DNA of 20,803 nucleotides from a virus (Duplodnaviria; Heunggongvirae; Uroviricota; Caudoviricetes): IMG/VR virus record IMGVR_UViG_2690316131_000021; one strand, 5' to 3'. Shown piece by piece: positions 8,335 to 17,377 of this stretch (position 1 is its first letter; each line of letters starts with the position of its first letter). The notes under the pieces were generated by a model. It saw only the letters and a program-made list of their open reading frames with translations, ran no database searches and was not told where the DNA came from. The position numbers and the translations under genes were made by a program.

Positions 8335-8994
8335 ATGAAAATGAAATGGTATGAACTGGCTAGATCCAGAATGAAAGAACTCAGCATAACTCAAGAGAAG
8401 TTAGCTGAAGAGCTTGGTATGACGCAGGGTGGAATTGGTCACTGGTTGCGCGGATCTCGTCATCCATCTCTTGACGAGATTGGTGTGGTGTTTAAGTACC
8501 TTGGTATTAATAACGTCTCATTCAACCACGACGGTACATTTTCACCTGTTGGCGAATACTCATCAGCCCCCGTTAAAAAACAATATGAGTACCCTGTTTT
8601 TTCTCATGTTCAGGCCGGGATGTTCTCGTCTGAGCTTAGAACCTTTACCAAAGGTGATGCGGAGAGATGGGTAAGCACAACCAAAAAAGCCAGTGATTCT
8701 GCATTTTGGCTTGAGGTTGAAGGTAACTCAATGACCGCACCAACAGGTTCCAAACCCAGTTTTCCTGACGGGATGTTAATTCTTGTTGACCCTGAGCAGG
8801 CTGTTGAGCCAGGTGATTTCTGCATAGCCAGACTTGGGGGTGATGAGTTTACCTTCAAGAAACTGATCAGGGATAGCGGTCAGGTGTTTCTACAGCCACT
8901 AAACCCACAATACCCAATGATCCCATGCAATGAGAGTTGTTCCGTTGTGGGGAAAGTTATCGCTAGTCAGTGGCCTGAAGAGACGTTTGGGTGA
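8335..8994 (+). CDS. cI: CI-type prophage repressor; non-lambda N-terminal domain, lambda-identical C-terminal domain
   Basis: From [15 protein letters not shown] to the end it matches lambda CI as recalled; start is ATG 8335 or 8341 (ORF track begins 8272). Confidence 0.85.
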   Translation: MKMKWYELARSRMKELSITQEKLAEELGMTQGGIGHWLRGSRHPSLDEIGVVFKYLGINNVSFNHDGTFSPVGEYSSAPVKKQYEYPVFSHVQAGMFSSELRTFTKGDAERWVSTTKKASDSAFWLEVEGNSMTAPTGSKPSFPDGMLILVDPEQAVEPGDFCIARLGGDEFTFKKLIRDSGQVFLQPLNPQYPMIPCNESCSVVGKVIASQWPEETFG

Positions 8995-9064
8995 TGAATG
9001 GCTAAATGTCTCCTAATAAAAACAGCAATCATTTGAAATTATTAATAATTATAGAGGCTTAGTC

Positions 9065-10063
9065 TTGGAAATCAGCACGGCGGTTATTCATTCCGAAGAA
9101 GATGCTTTGCGTTTTGTTGAGATGTACATCGCTGGGCAAGATCTTCCTGATGGAATATCATTTGAAGGGTGGCCTAACTTAACCTTCCGTCTTACTGGTG
9201 ACAAATTTCATGGCAGTTTGACTCCTTCTGTCATGAAGGGTTTTGTTGAAATGCAGGCCCAAATAAACCGAGCTTATGCATTGTTAAAGTACGGAGTTCC
9301 TGACCCAAGAAAGCTTTCAAAAGAAGAGAAGGAAGCTATCGAAATTCAGGTGAATGTTGAGAATGGCTCGTCCTTGATAGAAGTTAATATGGATGGGTTC
9401 ATGGGTGAGGTTATACAAACTGCGGTGAGTAAAGTGGGCCCTCAAGAGATCGTTATTACAGTTTTAGGGGTAGCTCTTATATGGGGCGGCGTCGTCCTAT
9501 TCAAAAAATATCTAGAAGACCGCAAAGAGATTCGCATGGCAGAAGTAAAAAGCGAGTCTGAGCGTGAACACCTTGCGACCATGCGCTTCATGTCTGAGCA
9601 GGAAACAAAACGAAGTGAATTATTGACTCAGATTATTAGCGAAAAACCCAAGCTAGACAACATGGAAAGACTTGCTCATGACGCAAAAACCGACATAGTT
9701 AAATCATTTGTCAAGGCTGATACAGCTCAGATTGATGGCGTTGTATTGGATGCAGATCTATCCAAAACCCTCACTACAAATGCAAGGCGGAAATCAATGG
9801 AGATCCGCCTTGATGGAAATTATCGCATTGAAAAGGTTGACTCCACTGATCCAGAGAGCTTCAAAGTGCAAGTGAGAAATGTTGACTCCGATCTAAGAAT
9901 ATCGTGCATAGTACAAGATGTTTTTCTCGACGCATCCGAGCATAAAAAAGCTCTTCAGCAAGCTGAGTGGGATAGAAAACCAGTTCATTTGTCAATCAAC
10001 GCAAAAGAACTAGATGGTGAAATAAAGTCCGCGATAATACTTTATGTCAAAGAGATAACATAA
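9065..10063 (+). CDS. Unknown 332-aa protein with one predicted transmembrane segment, in the rexAB position
   Basis: AT-rich ORF directly after cI, same strand, TTG start with AGAGG SD; hydrophobic stretch IVITVLGVALIWGGVVLF; followed by a terminator. Confidence 0.6.
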   Translation: MEISTAVIHSEEDALRFVEMYIAGQDLPDGISFEGWPNLTFRLTGDKFHGSLTPSVMKGFVEMQAQINRAYALLKYGVPDPRKLSKEEKEAIEIQVNVENGSSLIEVNMDGFMGEVIQTAVSKVGPQEIVITVLGVALIWGGVVLFKKYLEDRKEIRMAEVKSESEREHLATMRFMSEQETKRSELLTQIISEKPKLDNMERLAHDAKTDIVKSFVKADTAQIDGVVLDADLSKTLTTNARRKSMEIRLDGNYRIEKVDSTDPESFKVQVRNVDSDLRISCIVQDVFLDASEHKKALQQAEWDRKPVHLSINAKELDGEIKSAIILYVKEIT

Positions 10064-10070
10064 TCCTCAT

Positions 10071-10096
10071 CCCGGCCTCAGCGCCGGGTTTTCTTT
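10071..10096 (+). terminator. Rho-independent terminator ending the cI operon (t_imm position)
   Basis: CCCGGC-ctcagc-GCCGGG followed by TTTTCTTT. Confidence 0.6.
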
Positions 10097-10282
10097 GCCT
10101 CACGATCGCCCCACCTAAAAACACATAACCAATTGTATTTGTTGAAAAATAAATAGATACAACTCACTAAACATCGCAATTCAGATCTCTCGATCACCTC
10201 CCAAGCCACTCAACCCTGCAAAATATAACCCCATAAAATACAAAACGTTATAAAAAACCAATCATATTTAGAACATTTTGTA

Positions 10283-10311
10283 TTGACTCAATAAAGTACA
10301 CATCGTACTAT
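10283..10311 (+). promoter_or_regulatory. pL promoter (-35 TTGACT, 17-nt spacer, -10 TACTAT) with operator-like AGTAC-N5-GTACT in the spacer
   Basis: Near-consensus sigma70 elements about 250 nt upstream of N. Confidence 0.6.
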
Positions 10312-10379
10312 TTAGCCATCAGCGGGATGCACCACTCACCAGGGCGGTGAATATACAACGATTCGAATATGAATCTACG

Positions 10380-10394
10380 GCGCTGACAAAGCGC
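10380..10394 (+). promoter_or_regulatory. nutL boxB hairpin (GCGCUGACAAAGCGC)
   Basis: Perfect 5-bp stem with GACAA loop between pL and N; boxA not found. Confidence 0.5.
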
Positions 10395-10559
10395 AATAAC
10401 CAAAGTGAACTTTGGGGTGTGGTGAAGGGTTCATGGACGGGAATATGTCGCACGTAAAGCGGCGAGGCCTGCGGGACTATTGCCGAATTGAAGTAGGCCG
10501 AAACAGGTCGAAATGGGTCTCCCACCTACCACACCACCAAAGTTCATCAGGAGGTCTAT

Positions 10560-10943
10560 ATGACACGCAGAACTCAGTTCAAAGGCAATTCACGTTCTCG
10601 TCGTCGTGAGCGTTTAAAGGCAAAGGCATTAGCTAACGGCGTGCTGGCCCGCGAAGAAGCAATAAGTTCAGAAGTATTACACCGCCCTACTCTAAGCAGA
10701 GCGCAGATTCAGGCTAAAGGTACTCACGAAACGCCTGAGCGCATAGAAGACGCTAAGCCAATTAAGTTCATGGCACAGGACGTGATCTGGCAACAGAAAG
10801 AATACAGACGCAATCTGGAGCGAGCGGCCATTGTGTACGCGAATGAGTTTGGACATAAGCAACCAGAAACTGGTGTATGTCTTCCAAACGTAGCCATTTA
10901 CGCGGCAGGCTACCGGAAATCCAAACAACTGACGGCGAGGTGA
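10560..10943 (+). CDS. N: N-type antiterminator with arginine-rich motif (P22 gp24-like)
   Basis: N-terminal GNSRSRRRERLKAKALA and C-terminal YAAGYRKSKQLTAR; strong CAGGAGG SD. Confidence 0.75.
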   Translation: MTRRTQFKGNSRSRRRERLKAKALANGVLAREEAISSEVLHRPTLSRAQIQAKGTHETPERIEDAKPIKFMAQDVIWQQKEYRRNLERAAIVYANEFGHKQPETGVCLPNVAIYAAGYRKSKQLTAR

Positions 10944-11001
10944 CTTGTGTTGGTCGCCAGAAAATGAAATTAGGCAGCAAACCACTTATTTGAGGTGAGA
11001 T

Positions 11002-11472
11002 ATGACAAAATCATGGAGCGTACCTTTTCCTGAATCAGAAACTGAACATGATGGAATGCCTGTTTTCTGGAGATTCCAGGCGACAGTTGAAGAAGATGGG
11101 ATAAAAATATTCGCACTTCAATATATAGCTTTTCATCAGACAGAGCATTATGCATGGTTGGTTCCTGCGCATTGGATTGTTAATTTTAAACCAGCACCAA
11201 ATCAGTGGTTACAGGAATGGAAACAAAGGAGAAATAGATATGCAATTAAGAAAGTAGCAAAAAATGCAGAAAGATCTTTTGCATTCCCAACGAAGAAACT
11301 TGCCATTGAGAGTTTATTGCACCGGAAGAAATACCATTTAATGAGAATCAAACAAGATTTGGCTGTTGTATCAACTCTTGTTGATGGGATGAAGAATATT
11401 GATACATCAACACCAGATATTGAATATAACTTTGGACACAACCAAGAAACAGAAAACTGGGTGTTTTATTAG
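11002..11472 (+). CDS. Unknown AT-rich 156-aa protein in the ral/sieB position
   Basis: ORF with GAGGTGA SD; no family recognised; visibly AT-rich. Confidence 0.6.
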   Translation: MTKSWSVPFPESETEHDGMPVFWRFQATVEEDGIKIFALQYIAFHQTEHYAWLVPAHWIVNFKPAPNQWLQEWKQRRNRYAIKKVAKNAERSFAFPTKKLAIESLLHRKKYHLMRIKQDLAVVSTLVDGMKNIDTSTPDIEYNFGHNQETENWVFY

Positions 11473-11576
11473 TACGAATAAGCACTGTGTATTCATTCCA
11501 ACGAGTGAATACACGGAGCAATGTCGCTCGTAACCAAACAGGAGCCGACTTGTTCTGATTATTGGAAATCTTCTTT

Positions 11577-11601
11577 GCCCTCCAGTGTGAGGGCCTTTTT
11601 A
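11577..11601 (+). terminator. Rho-independent terminator (tL1-like position)
   Basis: GCCCTC-cagtgt-GAGGGC followed by CTTTTTA. Confidence 0.5.
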
Positions 11602-11662
11602 TATGCATACCAATAACGCTTCACTCGAGGCGTTTTCGTTATGTATAAATAAGGAGCACACC

Positions 11663-11827
11663 ATGCAATATGCCATTGCAGGGTGGCCTGTTGCTGGCTG
11701 CCCTTCCGAATCTTTACTTGAACGAATCACCCGTAAATTACGTGACGGATGGAAACGCCTTATCGACATACTTAATCAGCCAGGAGTCCCAAAAAATGGA
11801 TCAAACACTTATGGCTATCCAGACTAA
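11663..11827 (+). CDS. cIII: CIII (FtsH inhibitor)
   Basis: 54 aa MQYAIAGWPVAGCPSESLLERITRKLRDGW..., matches lambda CIII as recalled; AAGGAG SD. Confidence 0.85.
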   Translation: MQYAIAGWPVAGCPSESLLERITRKLRDGWKRLIDILNQPGVPKNGSNTYGYPD

Positions 11828-11939
11828 ATTCACTATCGCCACTTTTATTGGCGATGAAAAGATGTTTCGTGAAGCCGTCGACGCTTATAAAAAATGGATA
11901 TTAATACTGAAACTGAGATCAAGCAAAAGCATTCACTAA
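11796..11939 (+). CDS. kil: Kil (host-killing, FtsZ-targeting)
   Basis: 47 aa [54 protein letters not shown]; overlaps cIII end. Confidence 0.8.
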   Translation: MDQTLMAIQTKFTIATFIGDEKMFREAVDAYKKWILILKLRSSKSIH

Positions 11940-12014
11940 CCCCCTTTCCTGTTTTCCTAATCAGCCTGGCATTTCGCGGGCGATATTTTCACAGCCATTT
12001 TCAGGAGTTCAGCC

Positions 12015-12311
12015 ATGAACGCTTATTACATTCAGGATCGTCTTGAGGCTCAGAGCTGGGCGCGTCACTACCAGCAGATCGCCCATGAAGAGAAAGAGGC
12101 AGAACTGGCAGACGACATGGAAAAAGGCCTGCCCCAGCACCTGTTTGAATCGCTATGCATCGATCATTTGCAACGCCACGGGGCCAGCAAAAAAGCCATT
12201 ACCCGTGCGTTTGATGACGATGTTGAGTTTCAGGAGCGCATGGCAGAACACATCCGGTACATGGTTGAAACCATTGCTCACCATCAGGTTGATATTGATT
12301 CAGAGGTATAA
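12015..12311 (+). CDS. gam: Gam (RecBCD inhibitor)
   Basis: 98 aa, near-identical to lambda Gam short form as recalled. Confidence 0.9.
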   Translation: MNAYYIQDRLEAQSWARHYQQIAHEEKEAELADDMEKGLPQHLFESLCIDHLQRHGASKKAITRAFDDDVEFQERMAEHIRYMVETIAHHQVDIDSEV

Positions 12312-12316
12312 AACGG

Positions 12317-13102
12317 ATGAGTACAGCACTCGCAACGCTGGCAGGGAAGCTGGCTGAACGTGTCGGCATGGATTCTGTCGACCCACAGGAACTGATCACC
12401 ACTCTTCGCCAGACGGCATTTAAAGGCGATGCCAGCGATGCGCAGTTCATCGCATTGCTGATCGTCGCCAACCAGTACGGCCTTAATCCGTGGACGAAAG
12501 AAATTTACGCCTTCCCTGATAAGCAGAACGGCATTGTTCCGGTGGTGGGCGTTGATGGCTGGTCCCGCATCATCAATGAAAACCAGCAGTTTGATGGCAT
12601 GGACTTTGAGCAGGACAATGAATCCTGTACATGCCGGATTTACCGCAAGGACCGCAATCATCCGATCTGCGTTACCGAGTGGATGGATGAATGCCGCCGC
12701 GAACCATTCAAAACCCGCGAAGGCAGAGAAATCACGGGGCCGTGGCAGTCGCATCCCAAACGGATGTTACGGCATAAAGCCATGATTCAGTGTGCCCGTC
12801 TCGCCTTCGGATTTGCTGGTATCTATGACAAGGATGAAGCCGAGCGCATTGTCGAAAATACCGCATACACTGCAGAACGTCAGCCGGAACGCGACATCAC
12901 TCCGGTTAACGATGAAACCATGCAGGAGATTAACACTCTGCTGATCGCCCTGGATAAAACATGGGATGACGACTTATTGCCGCTCTGTTCCCAGATATTT
13001 CGCCGCGACATTCGTGCATCGTCAGAACTGACACAGGCCGAAGCAGTGAAAGCTCTTGGATTCCTGAAACAAAAAGCCTCTGAACAGAAGGTGGCTGCAT
13101 GA
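12317..13102 (+). CDS. bet: Bet (Red-beta single-strand annealing protein)
   Basis: 261 aa, near-identical to lambda Bet as recalled. Confidence 0.95.
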   Translation: MSTALATLAGKLAERVGMDSVDPQELITTLRQTAFKGDASDAQFIALLIVANQYGLNPWTKEIYAFPDKQNGIVPVVGVDGWSRIINENQQFDGMDFEQDNESCTCRIYRKDRNHPICVTEWMDECRREPFKTREGREITGPWQSHPKRMLRHKAMIQCARLAFGFAGIYDKDEAERIVENTAYTAERQPERDITPVNDETMQEINTLLIALDKTWDDDLLPLCSQIFRRDIRASSELTQAEAVKALGFLKQKASEQKVAA

Positions 13103-13779
13103 CACCGGACATTATCCTGCAGCGTACCGGGATCGACGTGAGAGCTGTCGAACAGGGGGATGATGCGTGGCACAAATTACGGCTCGGCGTCATCACCGCT
13201 TCAGAAGTTCACAATGTGATAGCAAAACCCCGCTCCGGAAAGAAATGGCCTGACATGAAAATGTCCTACTTCCACACCCTGCTTGCCGAGGTTTGCACCG
13301 GTGTGGCTCCGGAAGTTAACGCTAAGGCTCTGGCCTGGGGAAAACAGTACGAGAACGACGCCAGAACCCTCTTTGAGTTCACTTCCGGCGTTAATGTTAC
13401 TGAATCCCCGATCATCTATCGCGACGAAAGTATGCGCACCGCCTGCTCTCCCGATGGTTTATGCAGTGACGGCAACGGCCTTGAATTGAAATGCCCGTTT
13501 ACCTCCCGGGATTTCATGAAATTCCGGCTCGGTGGTTTCGAGGCCATAAAGTCGGCTTACATGGCCCAGGTGCAGTACAGCATGTGGGTGACGCGAAAAG
13601 ATGCCTGGTACTTTGCCAACTATGACCCGCGTATGAAGCGTGAAGGCCTGCATTATGTCGTGGTTGAGCGGGATGAAAAGTACATGGCGGGTTTTGACGA
13701 GATGGTGCCGGAGTTCATCGAAAAAATGGACGAGGCACTGGCTGAAATTGGTTTTGTATTTGGGGAGCAATGGCGATGA
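13099..13779 (+). CDS. exo: Exo (Red-alpha 5'-3' exonuclease)
   Basis: 226 aa, near-identical to lambda Exo as recalled; ATGA overlap with bet. Confidence 0.95.
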   Translation: MTPDIILQRTGIDVRAVEQGDDAWHKLRLGVITASEVHNVIAKPRSGKKWPDMKMSYFHTLLAEVCTGVAPEVNAKALAWGKQYENDARTLFEFTSGVNVTESPIIYRDESMRTACSPDGLCSDGNGLELKCPFTSRDFMKFRLGGFEAIKSAYMAQVQYSMWVTRKDAWYFANYDPRMKREGLHYVVVERDEKYMAGFDEMVPEFIEKMDEALAEIGFVFGEQWR

Positions 13780-13958
13780 AGCATCCTCACGATAATATCC
13801 GCGTAGGCACGATCACTTTCGTCTACTCCGTTACGAAGCGAGGCTGGGTATTTCCCGGCCTTTCTGTTATCCGAAATCCGCTGAAAGCCCAGCGGCTGGC
13901 TGAGGAGATAAATAATAAACGGGAGGCGATATGCACAAAGCATCTCCTGTTGAGTTAA
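13770..13958 (+). CDS. Small b-region protein (lambda orf61-like)
   Basis: 62 aa ORF directly after exo; start may be ATG 13776 (ATGA with the exo stop). Confidence 0.55.
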   Translation: MAMKHPHDNIRVGTITFVYSVTKRGWVFPGLSVIRNPLKAQRLAEEINNKREAICTKHLLLS

Positions 13959-14122
13959 GAACGAGTATTGAGATGGCACATAGCCTTGCTCAAATTGGAG
14001 TCAGGTTTGTGCCAATACCAGTAGAAACAGACGAAGAATTTCATACGTTAGCCACATCCCTTTCGCAAAAGCTGGAAATGATGGTGGCGAAAGCAGAAGC
14101 AGATGAGAGAGACCTGGTATGA
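13931..14122 (+). CDS. Small b-region protein (lambda orf63-like)
   Basis: 63 aa ORF. Confidence 0.55.
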   Translation: MHKASPVELRTSIEMAHSLAQIGVRFVPIPVETDEEFHTLATSLSQKLEMMVAKAEADERDLV

Positions 14123-14202
14123 CAACCACTGAATGCATTTTTCTGGCAGCGGGCTTCATATTCTGTGTGCTTATGCTTGCCGACATGGGACTTGTTCAAT
14201 GA
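14119..14202 (+). CDS. Possible 27-aa hydrophobic peptide (MTTTECIFLAAGFIFCVLMLADMGLVQ)
   Basis: ATGA overlap with the upstream stop and with the downstream start; hand-translated, below ORF-track cutoff. Confidence 0.3.
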   Translation: MTTTECIFLAAGFIFCVLMLADMGLVQ

Positions 14203-14414
14203 CACCTCAGCAAGAAAACGCCCTTCGCAGTATTGCCCGTCAGGCTAATTCTGAAATCAAAAAAGCCAGACAGCAGTTTCCGGATAAAAACGTCGATGAC
14301 ATTTGCCGTAGCGTACTGAAGAAGCACCGCGAAACGGTAACGCTGATGGGATTCACACCGACTCACTTAAGTCTGGCGATCGGCATGTTAAACGGCGTCT
14401 TTAAGGAACGGTGA
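14199..14414 (+). CDS. Small b-region protein (lambda orf60a-like)
   Basis: 71 aa from MTPQQENALRSIARQ...; ORF-track start 14133 is upstream. Confidence 0.55.
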   Translation: MTPQQENALRSIARQANSEIKKARQQFPDKNVDDICRSVLKKHRETVTLMGFTPTHLSLAIGMLNGVFKER

Positions 14415-14512
14415 GCATGAAAAGCAAAATCATCAGGGAGCTACAGGCTCCTTTTTTATTGTTCGCATTCACCCTCAAGCGTATTAACCAACAATTCAGG
14501 GATTAATGGAAG

Positions 14513-14734
14513 ATGGCAGACATCATTGATTCAGCATCAGAAATTGAAGAATTACAGCGCAACACAGCAATAAAAATGCGCCGCCTGAACCACCAGGCTA
14601 TATCTGCCACTCATTGTTGTGAGTGTGGCGATCCCATAGATGAGCGAAGACGCCTGGCCGTTCAGGGTTGTCGGACTTGTGCAAGTTGCCAGGAGGATCT
14701 GGAGCTTATCAGTAAACAGAGAGGTTCGAAGTGA
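14513..14734 (+). CDS. TraR/DksA-family C4 zinc-finger protein
   Basis: 73 aa with CCECGDPIDERRR...CRTCASC motif. Confidence 0.7.
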   Translation: MADIIDSASEIEELQRNTAIKMRRLNHQAISATHCCECGDPIDERRRLAVQGCRTCASCQEDLELISKQRGSK

Positions 14735-15501
14735 GCGAAATTAATTATCAGGCACTGCGTGAAAAGGCAGAGAAAGCAACTAAAGGAAGCTACATCGTAG
14801 GGCATACATCTGTTAACCAGCACGGCAATTTAACAGGAGTTTTTGTTTGCCAAAAATGGAAAGGAGAACCCGGTGGCGTGATTGCGGAATGTCATGTTAA
14901 CTGCCTGATTGAATCAGATGCTCAGGCTTATGCAAACGCTGAATTCATAGCAGAGGCTAACCCGGCTACCGTGCTGGCACTGCTGGATGAACAGGAAAGA
15001 AACCAGCAATACATCAAACGCCGTGACCAGGAGAACGAGGATATTGCGCTAACAGTAGGGAAGCTGCGTGTTGAGCTTGAAGCAGCAGAGAACAACCTTA
15101 TTGATAGCGAATGCCATGTTGCTGAACTGGAAGAAGCGCTACGCGATAAGCAGGCGTTACTTGAAGCCTCAGAAAAGCGCAACGCAAAATTACAAAGCGA
15201 GAATGCATACATCCGCAACCGGTACAAAGAACTGGACCTGTTAATCGGGAAAAACATTCTGGTCATGCAGGCTGCCATTATCGAATGGCAGGCAACTGGC
15301 GACGCTAAGAGCGGACTAGCATGGATTTATAACACACTGTTTGGCCCTGGCGAATTACCGGACGAATCTGAGAAAGATGCTCAGGCCTACTTTAATCGCA
15401 AATATGCACCGATTGACGAAAAGCTTATGGCGCTTCACAAGTGGTTTTGGGAACAAAGTGAAGCCGAGCGCGCCGCTGGCATTCGCATCAAAGGAGAGTG
15501 A
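14731..15501 (+). CDS. Ead/Ea22-like protein
   Basis: 256 aa, GTG start with GAGAGG SD, GTGA overlap with upstream stop; coiled-coil-rich centre; family from memory. Confidence 0.6.
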   Translation: MSEINYQALREKAEKATKGSYIVGHTSVNQHGNLTGVFVCQKWKGEPGGVIAECHVNCLIESDAQAYANAEFIAEANPATVLALLDEQERNQQYIKRRDQENEDIALTVGKLRVELEAAENNLIDSECHVAELEEALRDKQALLEASEKRNAKLQSENAYIRNRYKELDLLIGKNILVMQAAIIEWQATGDAKSGLAWIYNTLFGPGELPDESEKDAQAYFNRKYAPIDEKLMALHKWFWEQSEAERAAGIRIKGE

Positions 15502-15502
15502 G

Positions 15503-15694
15503 ATGAACGGACAAATCTCAATTGTTCGACCGGGAGCATGTGACGATTGCGAGATACGAATGATTATTCGTCTGGCGAGGGGGAAAACAATAACTGCTCT
15601 CATTACTCCAGAAAATCTCGCATTAGCATTAACCGGAAAGTCAGACCTGCCAGTAGAGCTAAAGCTGCGAAATGTTGAGATTAAGGTGAAATAG
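15503..15694 (+). CDS. Hypothetical small protein (63 aa)
   Basis: AAGGAG SD before ATG 15503; ORF-track start 15341 overlaps the upstream gene. Confidence 0.5.
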   Translation: MNGQISIVRPGACDDCEIRMIIRLARGKTITALITPENLALALTGKSDLPVELKLRNVEIKVK

Positions 15695-15696
15695 CT

Positions 15697-16251
15697 ATGA
15701 CCACTATTACCAAAGAACGCCTGCTGACAATCCAGCAGTGGCGCGAAACATACGGACCTGGTAGCAACGTTGTACTGCCAGCAGAAGAAGCGGAAGAACT
15801 GGCACGAATTGCACTGGCAGCGCTTGAGGCAAAGCCGGTGGCGTGGAAGGTAACCTTCACGCAAATTGACCGTGAATATAACACGTTCACTGGTATGTAT
15901 TCTGACAAAGCAGAAGTCGAACGGTGGGTGCGGCTGCATAAAGCATGTAATTTTCGGGCAGATATAACACCGCTTTATACCGCCCAGCCAGTGCCGGTAA
16001 CTCCGGATGCCTGGATAAGCTGTAGTGAGCGAATGCCAGAAATGGGAGAGCGACAATGCTATGTGTTAGCAGCTGACTTTAAAAACAACTACCCACCAAA
16101 CATCCCCAACACTCAGGTCGGCGTATATGGCGACTGGTTTAATGATGGCAATCCCACTTGGGATGACGGTGATGGCGAAGACCTGTATCTCAAAGAGGTA
16201 ACCCACTGGATGCCGCTACCAGAACCGCCGCAGGAGGTTAACCGTGGCTAA
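15697..16251 (+). CDS. DUF551-domain phage protein
   Basis: 184 aa with C-terminal ...WISCSERMPE...THWMPLPEPP signature. Confidence 0.6.
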   Translation: MTTITKERLLTIQQWRETYGPGSNVVLPAEEAEELARIALAALEAKPVAWKVTFTQIDREYNTFTGMYSDKAEVERWVRLHKACNFRADITPLYTAQPVPVTPDAWISCSERMPEMGERQCYVLAADFKNNYPPNIPNTQVGVYGDWFNDGNPTWDDGDGEDLYLKEVTHWMPLPEPPQEVNRG

Positions 16252-16329
16252 CCTGCAACTTGCCGTCAAAGGTGAATAACAATCCTCGCACTCGCGGAGA
16301 TTTCTTTTATACGATATAGGGGAAAAGGT

Positions 16330-17052
16330 GTGGTTAACAATATTGCAAATCACTCTTCGTTTCCGGCTGTAACAATCGACAGCCAGATGCTGTTGAAAAT
16401 GGTCAATGAAGCTCGCAAGTTATGTGGAGAGCCATCAGTACGTAACAACAAATTCATCGAGAAAATTGAGGATGAATTGGAAGGCGAGATCTACACAAAA
16501 AGTGTAGGTCGGAAAAACGGGGCTGACATTGATGTTATCTCCATGACTATCAAGCAGGCGCTTCGTGTTGCTGCTCGCGAATCTAAAGCAGTTCGCCGAA
16601 CACTTGTAGACAAACTTGAAAGTATGCAGGAAGCGCACATTAAAAGCGGTAAATCAGCGAGTGGACTTGTTGAGTATCGTCAAGCGCGAACACTGAAAAT
16701 GACGGTTGAAGCTGTTACCAATCTGTTCGATTTGATGCCAAATCTTGCGCCGGAAGCAAAGCAGACTGCTGCGGCAAGCATAATCAACCCGCTCGTTGGT
16801 TTTAATGCAATACCTCTTCCGGCAATAGAAGAGCATTACTACTCAGCAGGGGAGGTCGCAGAGCAGCTCAGAGTAACGGCAAACAAGATTGGTCGCATTG
16901 CTAACGCAAACAACCTCAAAACTGAGCAGTACGGGAAGTTCTTCCTGGATAAATCTGCGCATTCCAGCAAGCAGGTTGAAACATTTCGGTACAACGAGGC
17001 TGGAGTGCACAAAATAGAGGAACTCATCGAAGGAGAGCGAAAGGCTGCATGA
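16330..17052 (+). CDS. Hypothetical phage protein (240 aa)
   Basis: ORF with GTG start; no family recognised. Confidence 0.5.
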   Translation: MVNNIANHSSFPAVTIDSQMLLKMVNEARKLCGEPSVRNNKFIEKIEDELEGEIYTKSVGRKNGADIDVISMTIKQALRVAARESKAVRRTLVDKLESMQEAHIKSGKSASGLVEYRQARTLKMTVEAVTNLFDLMPNLAPEAKQTAAASIINPLVGFNAIPLPAIEEHYYSAGEVAEQLRVTANKIGRIANANNLKTEQYGKFFLDKSAHSSKQVETFRYNEAGVHKIEELIEGERKAA

Positions 17053-17130
17053 TTTTGACAAGATAGTTTTCCCCAAATGTGGGGAAAAGCCCGAATGGCG
17101 CGGCTTACAGCAAGATAAGGCCTACATGAT

Positions 17131-17160
17131 TTGACAACACCGCATTAACGGGGCTATATT
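17131..17160 (+). promoter_or_regulatory. Candidate sigma70 promoter (-35 TTGACA, 18-nt spacer, -10 TATATT) for ORF6N copy 2
   Basis: Read directly; about 210-nt leader before the ATG at 17378. Confidence 0.4.
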
Positions 17161-17377
17161 CCGCTTCATGGTGCTCAAAACACCTTTGCGATAGCGGAAA
17201 CCGCCCCGTCAGTTATGCGGATTTTTTTATGTCTACGACATTGAGAATTCAATGGTCGGGCGTGCGGCTAATAAAACACCCGCAAGGGAAATATGCCCGC
17301 CGTCTATCGCCGGTTTTGAGCGCCCGACCACCCTCTCAAAAGGGGTGAATTCAAAATATGCGATAGGACATAAAACC

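Noticed and set aside
11894-12014. Long Gam form (GamL) starting at ATG 11894
   Set aside because: I could not confirm by hand that the frame is continuous with gam, and the short form from 12015 is the established product.
12199-13979. - strand ORFs overlapping gam, bet and exo (12199..12471, 12284..12754, 12880..13196, 13459..13979)
   Set aside because: They are antisense to near-lambda-identical genes and are treated as frame noise.
15355-16056. 233-aa ORF on the - strand
   Set aside because: It is antisense to three well-supported + strand genes, has no RBS and a low-complexity Cys/Phe/Arg-rich translation, so it is most likely a spurious open frame.
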